Positions 10,426 to 20,040 of a stretch of 64,000 bases of DNA are shown piece after piece. Source of the DNA: an uncultured Planctomycetaceae bacterium (lineage in GTDB: Bacteria > Planctomycetota > Planctomycetia > Planctomycetales > Planctomycetaceae); contig CAWFGE010000013.1 of the NCBI GenBank assembly GCA_963815195.1, positions 704,001 to 768,000 of the forward strand, given 5' to 3'. Positions within the stretch are counted from its first letter, which is position 1; every line of letters starts with the position of its first letter. Made by a program: the position numbers and the translations under genes. The notes below the pieces were generated by a model. The model saw only the letters and a program-made list of their open reading frames with translations, was not told the DNA's origin and searched no databases.

Positions 10426-11361
10426 GTGATGACGGAAGAACCGAAGCCGCTGCGGATTGCCACGCGGGCGAGCGCGCTGGCTCTCTGGCAAGCGGAGCAC
10501 GTGGCGACATTGCTAAGGTCCGCGGGCGGAGAGCGCGAGATTGTGCTCGTCCACATTTCCACGCAAGGCGACCGCGATCAGAAAGAGCCTCTCTCTGAAA
10601 TGGGAGGCGTGGGTGTCTTCACGCGCGAGGTGCAAAAAGCCGTGCTCGAAAACAAGGCCGACGTGGCGGTGCACAGTTTGAAAGACCTGCCCACGGAGTC
10701 GGCGGCGGGATTGACCTTGGCCGGCGTGCCCCAGCGGGCCAATGGATTCGACGCGCTCGTGCTCCCCCAAGGACATGCGGCCGATGCCGGTTGGGATGCC
10801 CTTTCCCGGGGCGCCACAGTCGGCACCGGCAGCTTGAGACGGCAGGCCCAGGTGCGGAGGCTTCGGCCCGATCTCGGGATTTTGGAAGTCCGCGGCAACG
10901 TTCCCACCCGGCTCGATAAATTGGACCGCGGCGATTACGACGCCCTCGTGCTCGCGGTCGCCGGCTTGGAACGCTTGGGCCTCGCGAACCGGATTTCGTT
11001 AAAACTCCATCCGCCGGATTTCTTTCCCGCGGTGGGCCAGGGGGCGCTCGGCATCGAATGCCGGGCGGACGATGCCGAGACGGCCTCTCTGCTGGCGTCC
11101 ATCAGCGACCCCGCGGCGTTGGCGGCCGTCACGGCGGAACGGGCCTTGTTGGCCGAGTTGGAAGCCGGCTGCCACGCCCCGCTGGGGGCGCTGTCGACGA
11201 TCGCCGGAAACGACCTCACGCTGCAAGCCGTCGTGCTCAGTCCCGATGGAACCGAACGTCTCGAAGCCGCGCGGACCGGCCCTGTCAGCGATCCGGTCTC
11301 CATCGGCCAAAACCTGGCGGCGGACCTGCTCAACCAGGGAGCCGGCCGCTTGATGAATTGA
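10426..11361 (+). CDS. hemC: Hydroxymethylbilane synthase (porphobilinogen deaminase)
   Basis: RIATRASALALWQA, GVFTREV, DVAVHSLKDLP, GTGSLRR, RGNVPTR, PAVGQGALGIE, LEAGCHAP. Confidence 0.97.
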   Translation: MMTEEPKPLRIATRASALALWQAEHVATLLRSAGGEREIVLVHISTQGDRDQKEPLSEMGGVGVFTREVQKAVLENKADVAVHSLKDLPTESAAGLTLAGVPQRANGFDALVLPQGHAADAGWDALSRGATVGTGSLRRQAQVRRLRPDLGILEVRGNVPTRLDKLDRGDYDALVLAVAGLERLGLANRISLKLHPPDFFPAVGQGALGIECRADDAETASLLASISDPAALAAVTAERALLAELEAGCHAPLGALSTIAGNDLTLQAVVLSPDGTERLEAARTGPVSDPVSIGQNLAADLLNQGAGRLMN

Positions 11362-11449
11362 TTGGATTTTGATGACTCGACCGCACCCTTTTGGAGAACC
11401 ATCCGTTTGCCGATCCATCTCAAATACACTTCGTCTCACCGTGCACAGC

Positions 11450-12460
11450 CTAATCGGCTTTGACGAATTTCCCGTCGTTCCACACGTAATTGACGCGAGG
11501 GGCATCCATGACTTGGACCCGCGTCCCGTCCGGGATGAAGAAATGCTGCTCCAGGGCAAACTCCGGCCAGCCGTTTTTATCGAGGCTGAATTTCTTGACG
11601 CGAAACTCTCTGCGGCTCGTGCCCCCGCTCCCGTCGGACAACTTGGAAGTCGCCACCTGATCGAAGCCCATCATCACCGGCGTCTTGCCAGCTGAACCCA
11701 GCGTGATGTTTTCGAATCGCTCTGTGAATTCCAGCCTGACCGGACGATTTCGCAGATCCGGCCGGCGTCTAAGGATCCGCTCGCTTAGCGGTGGCGGCTC
11801 CGGAAGTCCTTTGTCTTTGGTTTTCCGGATTTCGATTTTTCGCGGCAGGCACCCGGCTTTCGGATCGAGCCAGACGGAATGGATCCCGAGCGGCCCTTCG
11901 CTGGTGACCCGATACGTGAGAGCGCCGCCGACGGTTTCGGGCTTCTCGTCCACTTCGAGCCGGGGCGCATCGAGCATGACCTTCCAGATCGGTTGGTCGT
12001 TATCAAGATAGGACACGCCGAAGAGCAGCATTCCGCAGTCCCAGATGTGTTGTGCCTGGATCTTTCCCTTTTCGACATCCAGATAACCGAGCAAACGCCA
12101 AAAGTCGCCGTGAAGGGAGGGACGCAGATCGACAGTGCAGATGAGCACCTCCCGGCCAACCAGGGTTTCCCGCTCGTAAACCCCACCCGGTTCCTCGACG
12201 ATCCCTCCCTTGTCCCAAATCCTCCAACGTTCCCCGTCGGAGTGGAAGGACATTTGATGTTTGTGTGTCAACCGGCCTTTCGCGGCCGGATCGGCCGTGC
12301 CGTCGTAATTCCGCATCTCCGCCTCGATGCCGAATTGCTTCATGGATTCGACGGTTTTTTGATAGGTCTTCAGCAACTCTTTGGCGTCGGGTTTTTCGTC
12401 CGCGAATCCGGCGGAAGAAACGGACAGCGCAACCAGCAAACAAGCCAGCGTTCTACACAT
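11450..12460 (-). CDS. Secreted hypothetical protein
   Basis: ATG 12460 followed by signal peptide MCRTLACLLVALSVSSAGFA; beta-rich mature region with a WLDP..GCLPRKIE motif. Confidence 0.75.
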   Translation of the reverse strand: MCRTLACLLVALSVSSAGFADEKPDAKELLKTYQKTVESMKQFGIEAEMRNYDGTADPAAKGRLTHKHQMSFHSDGERWRIWDKGGIVEEPGGVYERETLVGREVLICTVDLRPSLHGDFWRLLGYLDVEKGKIQAQHIWDCGMLLFGVSYLDNDQPIWKVMLDAPRLEVDEKPETVGGALTYRVTSEGPLGIHSVWLDPKAGCLPRKIEIRKTKDKGLPEPPPLSERILRRRPDLRNRPVRLEFTERFENITLGSAGKTPVMMGFDQVATSKLSDGSGGTSRREFRVKKFSLDKNGWPEFALEQHFFIPDGTRVQVMDAPRVNYVWNDGKFVKAD

Positions 12461-12598
12461 AACCCGGCCCTCTGGAAAAAGGGAGTTTGGTCGAGTTATT
12501 GCCTCCGGATAACTGACGGGGAAAGTTGACACGGATTAGATTCCGCGATTCATCCGTCTTTGAGATATTCCAAATACTGTTCGGGATTCTCGTCAAGA

Positions 12599-12624
12599 CC
12601 GGCGGCTAGCGCCTTGCCGCTCAC
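12599..12624. repeat. REP-like element, family B (single arm)
   Basis: CCGGCGGCTAGCGCCTTGCCGCTCAC matches the arm at 49129-49154. Confidence 0.7.
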
Positions 12625-12625
12625 G

Positions 12626-15127
12626 CTACCGGTTAAACAAAAATGCCGGGCTGTTGATGAGGGCCCACATCAGGTCTTGGGCGGCTTCGGCGGGTTGGCC
12701 GACGTTCTTCATGTAGAGCAGCGAGTTTTGCAGTTCATCGCCGGTGGGATATCGGCAGAGGACGCCCATGTAAACCGTTTTCACCAGGTCTTCGTTGCTG
12801 GCTTTCTTGGCGAGGGCCTGGGCGAGTCGGCCTTGGGGATGCACGATGGACTCCGCGACCGTGGGGCCGTTGATCAGGTTCAGCGTTTGGGCCAGGCTGA
12901 CGGCGCTCGAGCGTTCGCATTCGCAGGGGCTTTCCCGCGGGGCCCGGCCGAACATGTCCAGAAAATCCACTTTGACGTTCGGGTCCGGCAACTGGCTCGC
13001 GCGGAAGCCCGCGGGCATCCCCGGCAAGTTCACCGGAGCCCCGGTGGCGACCAGGATCGCATCGAACAGTTCCTCCGCCGAGAGCCGGCGCGGAATCGCG
13101 TGCGAGAAGTTCACCGAATCCTCTTCGTTCCATTCGTTGGCCTTGTAGCTTCGCTGGTAGGTGTGCGAACGGACGATCGTGCGGATCAAATGCTTGAGGT
13201 CGAAATCGTGGGCGAGGAAATCCTCGGTGAGGGCCTGGAGCAGTTCTGGATTGGACGGCGGATTGCTCGCCCGGATGTCATCGACCGGATCGATAATCCC
13301 CCGGCCGAGGAAGTAGCTCCAATAGCGGTTGACGAGGCTCTTGGCGAAGTACGGGTTTTCGCGGGCGGTGAGCCATTCGGCCAATTGCACTCGGCGGTGG
13401 GCCTGGGCATCGATCTTTTCATTTTTGAAATCGAACGGAAACTCCGCCGGGACGGTTTGATTCGTGCCGGGATGCACCACGGGCTGCGGATTGCGGAGCG
13501 TGTAGATGATCTCCTCATCCGGCAGCACGCCTTTCTTGCGGCCGACGCCGGAGAAGTATGCGGAGAGTTCGTAATATTGCTCCTGGGTCCAGCGCTCGAA
13601 GGGGTGATCGTGGCATTGATTGCATTGGAACCGCGTGCCCAGGAACACCTGCGTCATGTTCTCCATGACGTCCTTCGGCTCGCGGGCGATGCGGTAATAA
13701 TTCGCGGCCGGGTTTTCGTAGGTGCTGCCGTTGGCGGTCATCAACTCATAGACGAACTTGTCGTAAGGCTCGTTGGTGGCGATGGCGTTGCGAATCCAAT
13801 TCCGGAAGGCCCACACGCCTTTCTCTTTGATGTATTTGCGGTTGGCCATCAACAGGTCGCTCCATTTGAGCGTCCAGTGGTCGACAAACTCCGGGCTGGA
13901 GATCAGCTCTTCGATCTTCGCCGCGCGTTTGGCCTGGGAATCGCGTTTGTCGTCGAGGAACGTGTTGACGGCTTCCGGCGTGGGCGGAAGGCCGGTGAGG
14001 TCGATCGAAACTCGCCTCAAAAACTCCGCATCGGTGCAGAGGCCCGAGGGCAGAATCTTCGACCGCTGGAGTTTGTTGTTGACGTGGGTATCGACGAAGT
14101 TGTACTCCGGCGTGGGTTTCCATTCGAAACCCTCCCGGCTGCCGATGACGGTCGAAGGCGCGACGCCGAACAGCCCTTCATACCGCACCAAAGCCGCGGC
14201 TTCGCCCCGCCGGACGCCTTGGATCAAGCCGGTTTTGGAGACGGTGAGGATTTCAAAGTTGCTGGTTTCGTAAACCGCTTCGCGGGTCACGTCGCGGGCG
14301 CTGCCGTCGGCGTAATGGGCGACCACGATGAGTTGCTGCTGATCGGTCGTATTTTGCAGCAGCGGCTTTTTCGGGAAGACTTCCAGTTCTTTGACGCGGG
14401 TCGTCTTTTCGTAGTCGCAGCCCTCGGCGATCCAGCGTTCGATCAGCTTGTAATAGCGCGAATCCTCATCGAACAAAAACCCGCCTTCGTGGGGCACGCC
14501 CTGGGTCGGTTTGAGGAGCATCAGGCTCTGCGTCGGCTGCGAGCGGTTGAACCGCCGGCCCGAAACATCATCGACGAGGGCCCGGTAATCGAACACCGGA
14601 TCGTAGCCCCTGAGCGACAGCTTGAAGCCCGCTTTGCCCTTTTGCGAACCGTGGCAGGTGCCCTGGTTGCAGCCGACTTTGCTGATCACGGGCATCACTT
14701 CCCGCACGAAGCTCACCGACTCCGGTTGGACGTTTTGGACCGTCACGGGGATGCGGGTTTCGAGATCTTTGTACCGGGCGATGAGGTCCGTTTGCCCCGC
14801 CTGTTTCGGCACGACGAAACCGTCGGCATCGAGCGCTGCGTTATTTCCCGCGATGAACAACTCGACATCGCCGGAGAGATCGTAGCTCAACCCGTTTTCG
14901 GACGTGCCGGCGACGATCACCCGCCGAATGTCGCGCTCGGCCGAGAGCGTCAACTCCGCGGGAAAGATGCCCAGTTTCACCATCTTCGGCAGCACGCGGG
15001 CCGGGGTCTTGATTGGCTCCTCCGCGGCTTTGAGGGGAATCGCCAGGCCGAGGGCGACGGCCATCGTCAGCGAACCCAAAACGAAAGAGGAGCAACGAAG
15101 CTTCGTGGGGCGGGCGAGTGGGAACAT
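12626..15127 (-). CDS. Ig-like + DUF1549/DUF1553 domain protein
   Basis: Signal peptide; GCNQGTCHGS..GKAGFKLSLRG, FLRRVSIDLTGLPPT, CNQCHDHPFERW, NPYFAK..NRYW, RRLSAEEL, CECER, WALINSPAFLFN. Confidence 0.92.
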   Translation of the reverse strand: MFPLARPTKLRCSSFVLGSLTMAVALGLAIPLKAAEEPIKTPARVLPKMVKLGIFPAELTLSAERDIRRVIVAGTSENGLSYDLSGDVELFIAGNNAALDADGFVVPKQAGQTDLIARYKDLETRIPVTVQNVQPESVSFVREVMPVISKVGCNQGTCHGSQKGKAGFKLSLRGYDPVFDYRALVDDVSGRRFNRSQPTQSLMLLKPTQGVPHEGGFLFDEDSRYYKLIERWIAEGCDYEKTTRVKELEVFPKKPLLQNTTDQQQLIVVAHYADGSARDVTREAVYETSNFEILTVSKTGLIQGVRRGEAAALVRYEGLFGVAPSTVIGSREGFEWKPTPEYNFVDTHVNNKLQRSKILPSGLCTDAEFLRRVSIDLTGLPPTPEAVNTFLDDKRDSQAKRAAKIEELISSPEFVDHWTLKWSDLLMANRKYIKEKGVWAFRNWIRNAIATNEPYDKFVYELMTANGSTYENPAANYYRIAREPKDVMENMTQVFLGTRFQCNQCHDHPFERWTQEQYYELSAYFSGVGRKKGVLPDEEIIYTLRNPQPVVHPGTNQTVPAEFPFDFKNEKIDAQAHRRVQLAEWLTARENPYFAKSLVNRYWSYFLGRGIIDPVDDIRASNPPSNPELLQALTEDFLAHDFDLKHLIRTIVRSHTYQRSYKANEWNEEDSVNFSHAIPRRLSAEELFDAILVATGAPVNLPGMPAGFRASQLPDPNVKVDFLDMFGRAPRESPCECERSSAVSLAQTLNLINGPTVAESIVHPQGRLAQALAKKASNEDLVKTVYMGVLCRYPTGDELQNSLLYMKNVGQPAEAAQDLMWALINSPAFLFNR

Positions 15128-15476
15128 AGGACCGTGAGGAGGTTAAAGGTGAGAAAGCGGTTTGTCGTTCAGGTGGGCGGGCAGACTTCCGCGGGGAAAT
15201 CACCCAGCCCGTATTATATGCCGAAATACCGATCTTTTCGCAACTCCCCTTGGCGAATTCCTTATTATCGAGGGAAACAAACCCGCATCGGCATAGGCGG
15301 CAAATTCGGCGCAATCGGGCTTGATTCACCCAAAACCCCGCGCAAATTGGGAAAGCGGCGAGGCATCGTAAGATAAGATTCCATTGGCCCCTGATTGGAA
15401 ACTCGATCAAAACCCGGCCGCTGACGGGCTTGGAACTCAAAGTCGAATTTACAAATCGAAAAACCGGATCTCCCTC

Positions 15477-16514
15477 ATGGTTGAACTTCCGAATGCCGAA
15501 CGTTTGAAGCAATTGCCTTTGCGGGCTTTGGTGGCTTATGCCGTCCGCTGTGCGATGCGGGTGCAGTTGCTGTTTTTGAAGTGGCAGGACAATCAGCAAG
15601 GGGCCGACGGTCCGCCCGCGGGAATGGCGGAAGCCGTCGAGGAGGCGATCAAACTGGCCACGCGGTTTGCCGCCGACGAGGGCGAATACGACGTGAATCG
15701 CGGGCAGGAATTGGAAGAGACCGTGATCGAAGCGGTGATGCGGGCCAAGGGCGGCCATCGCGGGGCGGCGTTTGCGGCGAACGCAGCCTATGCGGCTCTC
15801 AACGCGGCGAACCTGGCATCGGGCGTCGGGAGCGGGATCAATCGCCGGTCCCAAGCGGAGAAAGTCGTGCTCGCGGTGATCACCGCCGCCGATGCCGCGG
15901 CCGCCGCTCACGAGCCGGTGATTCAAGCCGCGCTCGACGATTGGCACACGATGCAGCTCATGCGGTTCGGGCAGTTTCCCGAACTCGGCTCGGCGGTCGA
16001 TCCTCGGCCGCACGGGAAGCTGGGTCCGTTGTCCTCCAAGAACGCCGCGAAAACGGCGCAAGGCTGGAAGCAGCAATCCCCGACGCTCCGCCAGTTCATG
16101 AAGCACGACAATGTCCTCGAGCAAACCCGCGATGAACTCCAAATCCAAAAAGAGGAACGCAAGAAGGACCAGGCCGAGTTCGAAGCGAAGTGCGATGAAT
16201 ACGAGAAAACCATCCGGCATCTGAAGGCCGAGGTCATCCCGCTCAAGCAGGAACGCGACAGTCTGCAAAAGCAGGTGAAGAATCTCCAGGCGGAGCTCAA
16301 GGTCTTCAAGAATGAACTCTCGGCCCGCGGAAATCATCTGATGGAGTTCGCGAACCAACTCCTCGAATGGGCCGCCACCGAATCGGAATCCGAAACGGAA
16401 GAACCTCAGGACGAGGAATCCGCGGAAGCCGCGGAAGAGACACCGGAAGAATCGAATGCCTCCGAGGAAACGAGCGAAGCCCCCGAAAAAACCGCGGAAC
16501 CGGTGGAGTGCTGA
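15477..16514 (+). CDS. Hypothetical protein: Ala-rich helical N-domain, coiled coil, acidic tail
   Basis: ATG 15477; LPLRALVAYAVRCAMRV...GKLGPL; heptad-rich segment and E-rich C-terminus. Confidence 0.75.
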   Translation: MVELPNAERLKQLPLRALVAYAVRCAMRVQLLFLKWQDNQQGADGPPAGMAEAVEEAIKLATRFAADEGEYDVNRGQELEETVIEAVMRAKGGHRGAAFAANAAYAALNAANLASGVGSGINRRSQAEKVVLAVITAADAAAAAHEPVIQAALDDWHTMQLMRFGQFPELGSAVDPRPHGKLGPLSSKNAAKTAQGWKQQSPTLRQFMKHDNVLEQTRDELQIQKEERKKDQAEFEAKCDEYEKTIRHLKAEVIPLKQERDSLQKQVKNLQAELKVFKNELSARGNHLMEFANQLLEWAATESESETEEPQDEESAEAAEETPEESNASEETSEAPEKTAEPVEC

Positions 16515-16593
16515 AACCGAGGGGCGGGAATGTTGTCGGTGAAATCTCAAATTCAGCAGTTCCAAAAGTCTCGGAAAAGGAATAGGTTCCCCA

Positions 16594-16664
16594 AGAGCCG
16601 CGCACGAAGTAAGCGGTTTTTCTAGTTTACAGATCGCAATACCGCTTACTTCGTGCGCGGCTCT
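16594..16664. repeat. REP-like inverted doublet, family A
   Basis: AGAGCCGCGCACGAAGTAAGCGGT...ACCGCTTACTTCGTGCGCGGCTCT. Confidence 0.9.
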
Positions 16665-16832
16665 GGCGTTTTTTGGAACGACCGAAATCCCAATCGTGAA
16701 AAACCATTCCACGCCATTGGTTTTCATTATTGGAATCTGCTATTTGTTTGAGATTTGGTGCTGCGGATTTGAGATTTCTTTCACCGGTCGGGTGTCGGGC
16801 CCTTCCGAATCGAGCATGGATCAAAACAACCG

Positions 16833-17669
16833 ATGTGGGGCGCGGAGTATCTTGAAGCCGCGGTGCTGGGGGCCGTGCAGGGCGTGGCCGAGTTTCTGCC
16901 GATCAGTTCGTCCGGGCATCTGGTGATCCTGGGGGAGTTGATTCAACGGCTGACCGGCCGCGACGTCGATCCCGAAGCCAACCTGCGGATGAACGTCGCC
17001 TTGCACGTGGGGACGCTGCTTTCGATCTTTTGGGTGTATCGGTCCGACCTGTGGGAATTGAGAAAACGCCCGCAGGTGGTCTTTGCGATCGTCATCGCCA
17101 CGCTGCCTTTGGTGGCGATCGGGCTCTCGCCTTTGAAGGATGTGATGAAGCACGGGTTCGAGACGCCGCTGGTCGCGGGCGTTTGTTTGCTGGTGACAGC
17201 CGGACTTCTCGCGGCGGCCCATCGCCGGGAAACGAACGCCCGGCCGTTCGAAGACCTGACGCCCTTACGGGCGGGCGTGATCGGGCTGTTTCAGGCGGTG
17301 GCTTTGTTTCCGGGCATCTCGCGTTCGGGCAGCACGATTTCGGGCGGCCTGCTGTTGGGTTTTCGCCGGGATGTCGCCGCGAACTTTTCGTTCTTCATCG
17401 CGATCCCCGCGATCGCCGGGGCCGCGGTGCTGACGTTAAAAGACGTCCTCACCGAAACGCCCGCCCCGGGTTCGGTTGTCGGCTACGGCTGGGGACCGAT
17501 TGTTCTGGGCACGGCCATTTCGTTTCTCGTCGGCTTGATGGCACTCCGCTGGCTGCTGCGGATCATCTCCGAGCGCCGCCTGCACTGGTTCGCCTGGTAT
17601 TGTGCGGCCGTGGGAACAGTTACCATCATCTGGCAATTGCTGGAACGTTTTTCCCTCGATCAATCGTAA
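16833..17669 (+). CDS. uppP: Undecaprenyl-diphosphate phosphatase (BacA)
   Basis: LGAVQGVAEFLPISSSGHL and PGISRSGSTI signature motifs; multiple transmembrane helices. Confidence 0.95.
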   Translation: MWGAEYLEAAVLGAVQGVAEFLPISSSGHLVILGELIQRLTGRDVDPEANLRMNVALHVGTLLSIFWVYRSDLWELRKRPQVVFAIVIATLPLVAIGLSPLKDVMKHGFETPLVAGVCLLVTAGLLAAAHRRETNARPFEDLTPLRAGVIGLFQAVALFPGISRSGSTISGGLLLGFRRDVAANFSFFIAIPAIAGAAVLTLKDVLTETPAPGSVVGYGWGPIVLGTAISFLVGLMALRWLLRIISERRLHWFAWYCAAVGTVTIIWQLLERFSLDQS

Positions 17670-19084
17670 AGCAAGTCGATGGGGCGTCCGGTCGAGATGG
17701 GGAACTGGCGTCCCAGCGTGTCGGTAAAGTGGGCGGCCGGATCGAGACCGAGGGCGGAGAAGATCGTGGCGGTCATATCCCAGGGGCCGAACTTTTCCGA
17801 TCGCGGATAAGCGGCCGAATCATCCGATTGACCGGCGACCGCCCCGCGCTTGATGCCGGCGCCGGCCAGCATGACGGAATAACAAGCCGCCCAATGTTTT
17901 CGCCCCGGCGAGGCCCCTTTGAAGTTCGCTTCGAACGCGACGCGGGGCGCTCGCCCAAATTCGCCCATGCAGACGACCAGCGTCTCATCGAGAAGACCGC
18001 GTTCGTCCAAGTCGAGCAGCAACGCGGAAAGGCCGAGGTCAAACCGAGGGAGAAGCCGCTCACGCAGCGCGTAGAAAATATCGTTATGCGTGTCCCACCC
18101 ATAGGCGTCCGTGTCGTCCGGCGTGACGTCCTGGCCGCGGTTGCAATTCGTCTGATACACCGTGATCAAGGGCACGCCGGCTTCCACCAGGCGGCGTGCC
18201 AAGAGCATTGCCTGACCCGATCGATTTCGCCCGCATCGGTCGCGAAGTTTTTCCGGCTCGGCGGCAAGATCAAACGCGCGGCGCGTGACCGGAGTGGCCA
18301 GCATGTCGAAGGCCTGCGCATAGAGGGCATTCATCTCCCCGAGTTTCGCGGAGCCGCCGGAATGACCCTGAGCCGTTTCCAGCGATCCCAGAAGGGTCCG
18401 GCGGGTTTCCAGCCGATCTTGCGGGAGAGACTCTTGCGGCGTCAAGCCGGGAATCACGACGGGTTCGGCGGTGACGTTTCCGACGACCATCGGATCGTAG
18501 TCGCGACCCAAGACGCCGCCGAACTGTCCCGGAGCCGGGGTTGTCGGCGTAATCGCGGGAGCGTTGATGTGAATCGCTGTTTGCGGAAAACGCGGATTGG
18601 GACGGAGCCGCTCGAGCACCGATCCATAAGCAGGCAGGTCGGCCGAATCCGGGGGCGGATTCGAGGATCGGCGTTTGTGGTAGTGTCCCGTCATGGACAG
18701 ATAAAACGCGGAACCATGATCGAGATCTTCATGCGACATGGTCCGCAGGATCGTATAGCGGTCCGCCAATCGGGCGAGCCGGGGCAGATGCTCGCTGACA
18801 AACGTGCCGGGGACCGCCGTTGAAATCGCGCCAAAGGCACCGCGCGTTTCTCGGGGAGCGTTCGGCTTAGGGTCCCAGGTCTCCAATTGGCTTTGCCCGC
18901 CGTTGGCGAAGACGACGATCACCGCTTTGGCGCGCCCAAAGCCGCGGGGCCGTGCCGAGGTCTCGGCGAATAACCTGGTCGATCCGGCCAACCCCGACAA
19001 GGCGGCCCCGCTGACGAATTGGAGCCAATCGCGGCGGCCAATCGGCGGCGGTTGTCGTCGGATGTTTTCTGGGACCTTTGGCAT
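17660..19084 (-). CDS. DUF1501 domain protein
   Basis: RRDWL Tat-like motif, GGQSQLETWDPKP, LLARRLVEAGV, WDTH, GEFGRAP, GRKHW. Confidence 0.92.
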   Translation of the reverse strand: MPKVPENIRRQPPPIGRRDWLQFVSGAALSGLAGSTRLFAETSARPRGFGRAKAVIVVFANGGQSQLETWDPKPNAPRETRGAFGAISTAVPGTFVSEHLPRLARLADRYTILRTMSHEDLDHGSAFYLSMTGHYHKRRSSNPPPDSADLPAYGSVLERLRPNPRFPQTAIHINAPAITPTTPAPGQFGGVLGRDYDPMVVGNVTAEPVVIPGLTPQESLPQDRLETRRTLLGSLETAQGHSGGSAKLGEMNALYAQAFDMLATPVTRRAFDLAAEPEKLRDRCGRNRSGQAMLLARRLVEAGVPLITVYQTNCNRGQDVTPDDTDAYGWDTHNDIFYALRERLLPRFDLGLSALLLDLDERGLLDETLVVCMGEFGRAPRVAFEANFKGASPGRKHWAACYSVMLAGAGIKRGAVAGQSDDSAAYPRSEKFGPWDMTATIFSALGLDPAAHFTDTLGRQFPISTGRPIDLLYD

Positions 19085-19087
19085 GGT

Positions 19088-19999
19088 TCAAGCGCCTTCG
19101 TGAAATCGGAGCGCTCCTCTCGCAAGATCTATCTCTGCGCGTTTGAACTGCTCTTTCAAAGCGCGCTCGCGAGCGGCTTTGGCTTTTTCTCGGAGTGCTG
19201 TCTCGGCTTGCAGGCGGGCTTGTAATTCGGCTTGGGCGGCCTCCGCCTGTTTTTGAGCTTCTATTGCAAGCTTGGCTTGCTGCTCGGCTTTTCGGCGGTG
19301 TAGGGTCGCCTCTTTGTCCGCCTCGCCCGTTCTCGCGCGTTCGGCATTGACGCTCGCCTTGAGTTTCTCGAGTTCCGCCTGCATGTGCTGCATCTGTTGG
19401 GCGAGCATCAAAACATGCTCGGCAAGCTTCGCCGTGTGTTGCCGGCGGCCGGCCCTCTTGTTGCGTTTGGACTTTTTGTTCTTTTTGGGCTTCTGCTTGG
19501 GGGCCGTTTCGGACTTGGACTTTTGGGGCGCGGCTTCGGCAGCTTGGCGGGCGGCTTCCGCCTGTTGTCGCGCGATGGCTTCCGCCGCCTTGGCAACCTC
19601 CGCTCGCTGGAGGGCTTTTGCCCGTTCCTGCTCCGCGATTCCTTTTTGCCTTTGGGCTTCTGCGAGAGCCTGCACCGCCCGGTCGCGTGCCACCTCCGCC
19701 GCTTTTTGAGCTTCTTCCGCCCGCTGGCGTTGCTGCTGCGCTTCGACTTGGGCGATCTCTCGGGCTTGACGTTCTTTTTCCAGCGTGGCTTTGCCTTCTT
19801 CCAACGCCTTCTGAAGCGCCGCCGCAAAATCTCGTTGCTGAACCGCTTCGGCTTCCACTTGGAGCAGAGCGCTTTTTGACTCCACGGCGTTTCGCTGAGT
19901 TTTTCCTTTTGGTTTGGGCTTCGGCTTGGGTTTCTCGTCAGCTGCGGCGAATGCGGTCATCCCGCAAACCAAAACCAACGCGGCGGCTTTCCAAAACAT
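19088..19999 (-). CDS. Secreted coiled-coil (Ala/Glu/Gln/Lys-rich) hypothetical protein
   Basis: Signal peptide MFWKAAALVLVCGMTAFAAA; long heptad-like helix. Confidence 0.8.
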   Translation of the reverse strand: MFWKAAALVLVCGMTAFAAADEKPKPKPKPKGKTQRNAVESKSALLQVEAEAVQQRDFAAALQKALEEGKATLEKERQAREIAQVEAQQQRQRAEEAQKAAEVARDRAVQALAEAQRQKGIAEQERAKALQRAEVAKAAEAIARQQAEAARQAAEAAPQKSKSETAPKQKPKKNKKSKRNKRAGRRQHTAKLAEHVLMLAQQMQHMQAELEKLKASVNAERARTGEADKEATLHRRKAEQQAKLAIEAQKQAEAAQAELQARLQAETALREKAKAARERALKEQFKRAEIDLARGALRFHEGA

Positions 20000-20040
20000 G
20001 ATCGTCTCCCAAGTTCAAAGTAAATAACGGACGGGCGAAT

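Noticed and set aside
12560..15376. 938-aa plus-strand ORF, and similar long ORFs at 2826-5444, 17030-18823, 30044-31891, 43714-45189, 49808-51571 and 55097-56722
   Set aside because: These are antisense shadows of well-supported genes, expected from high-GC codon bias, and carry no recognisable motifs.
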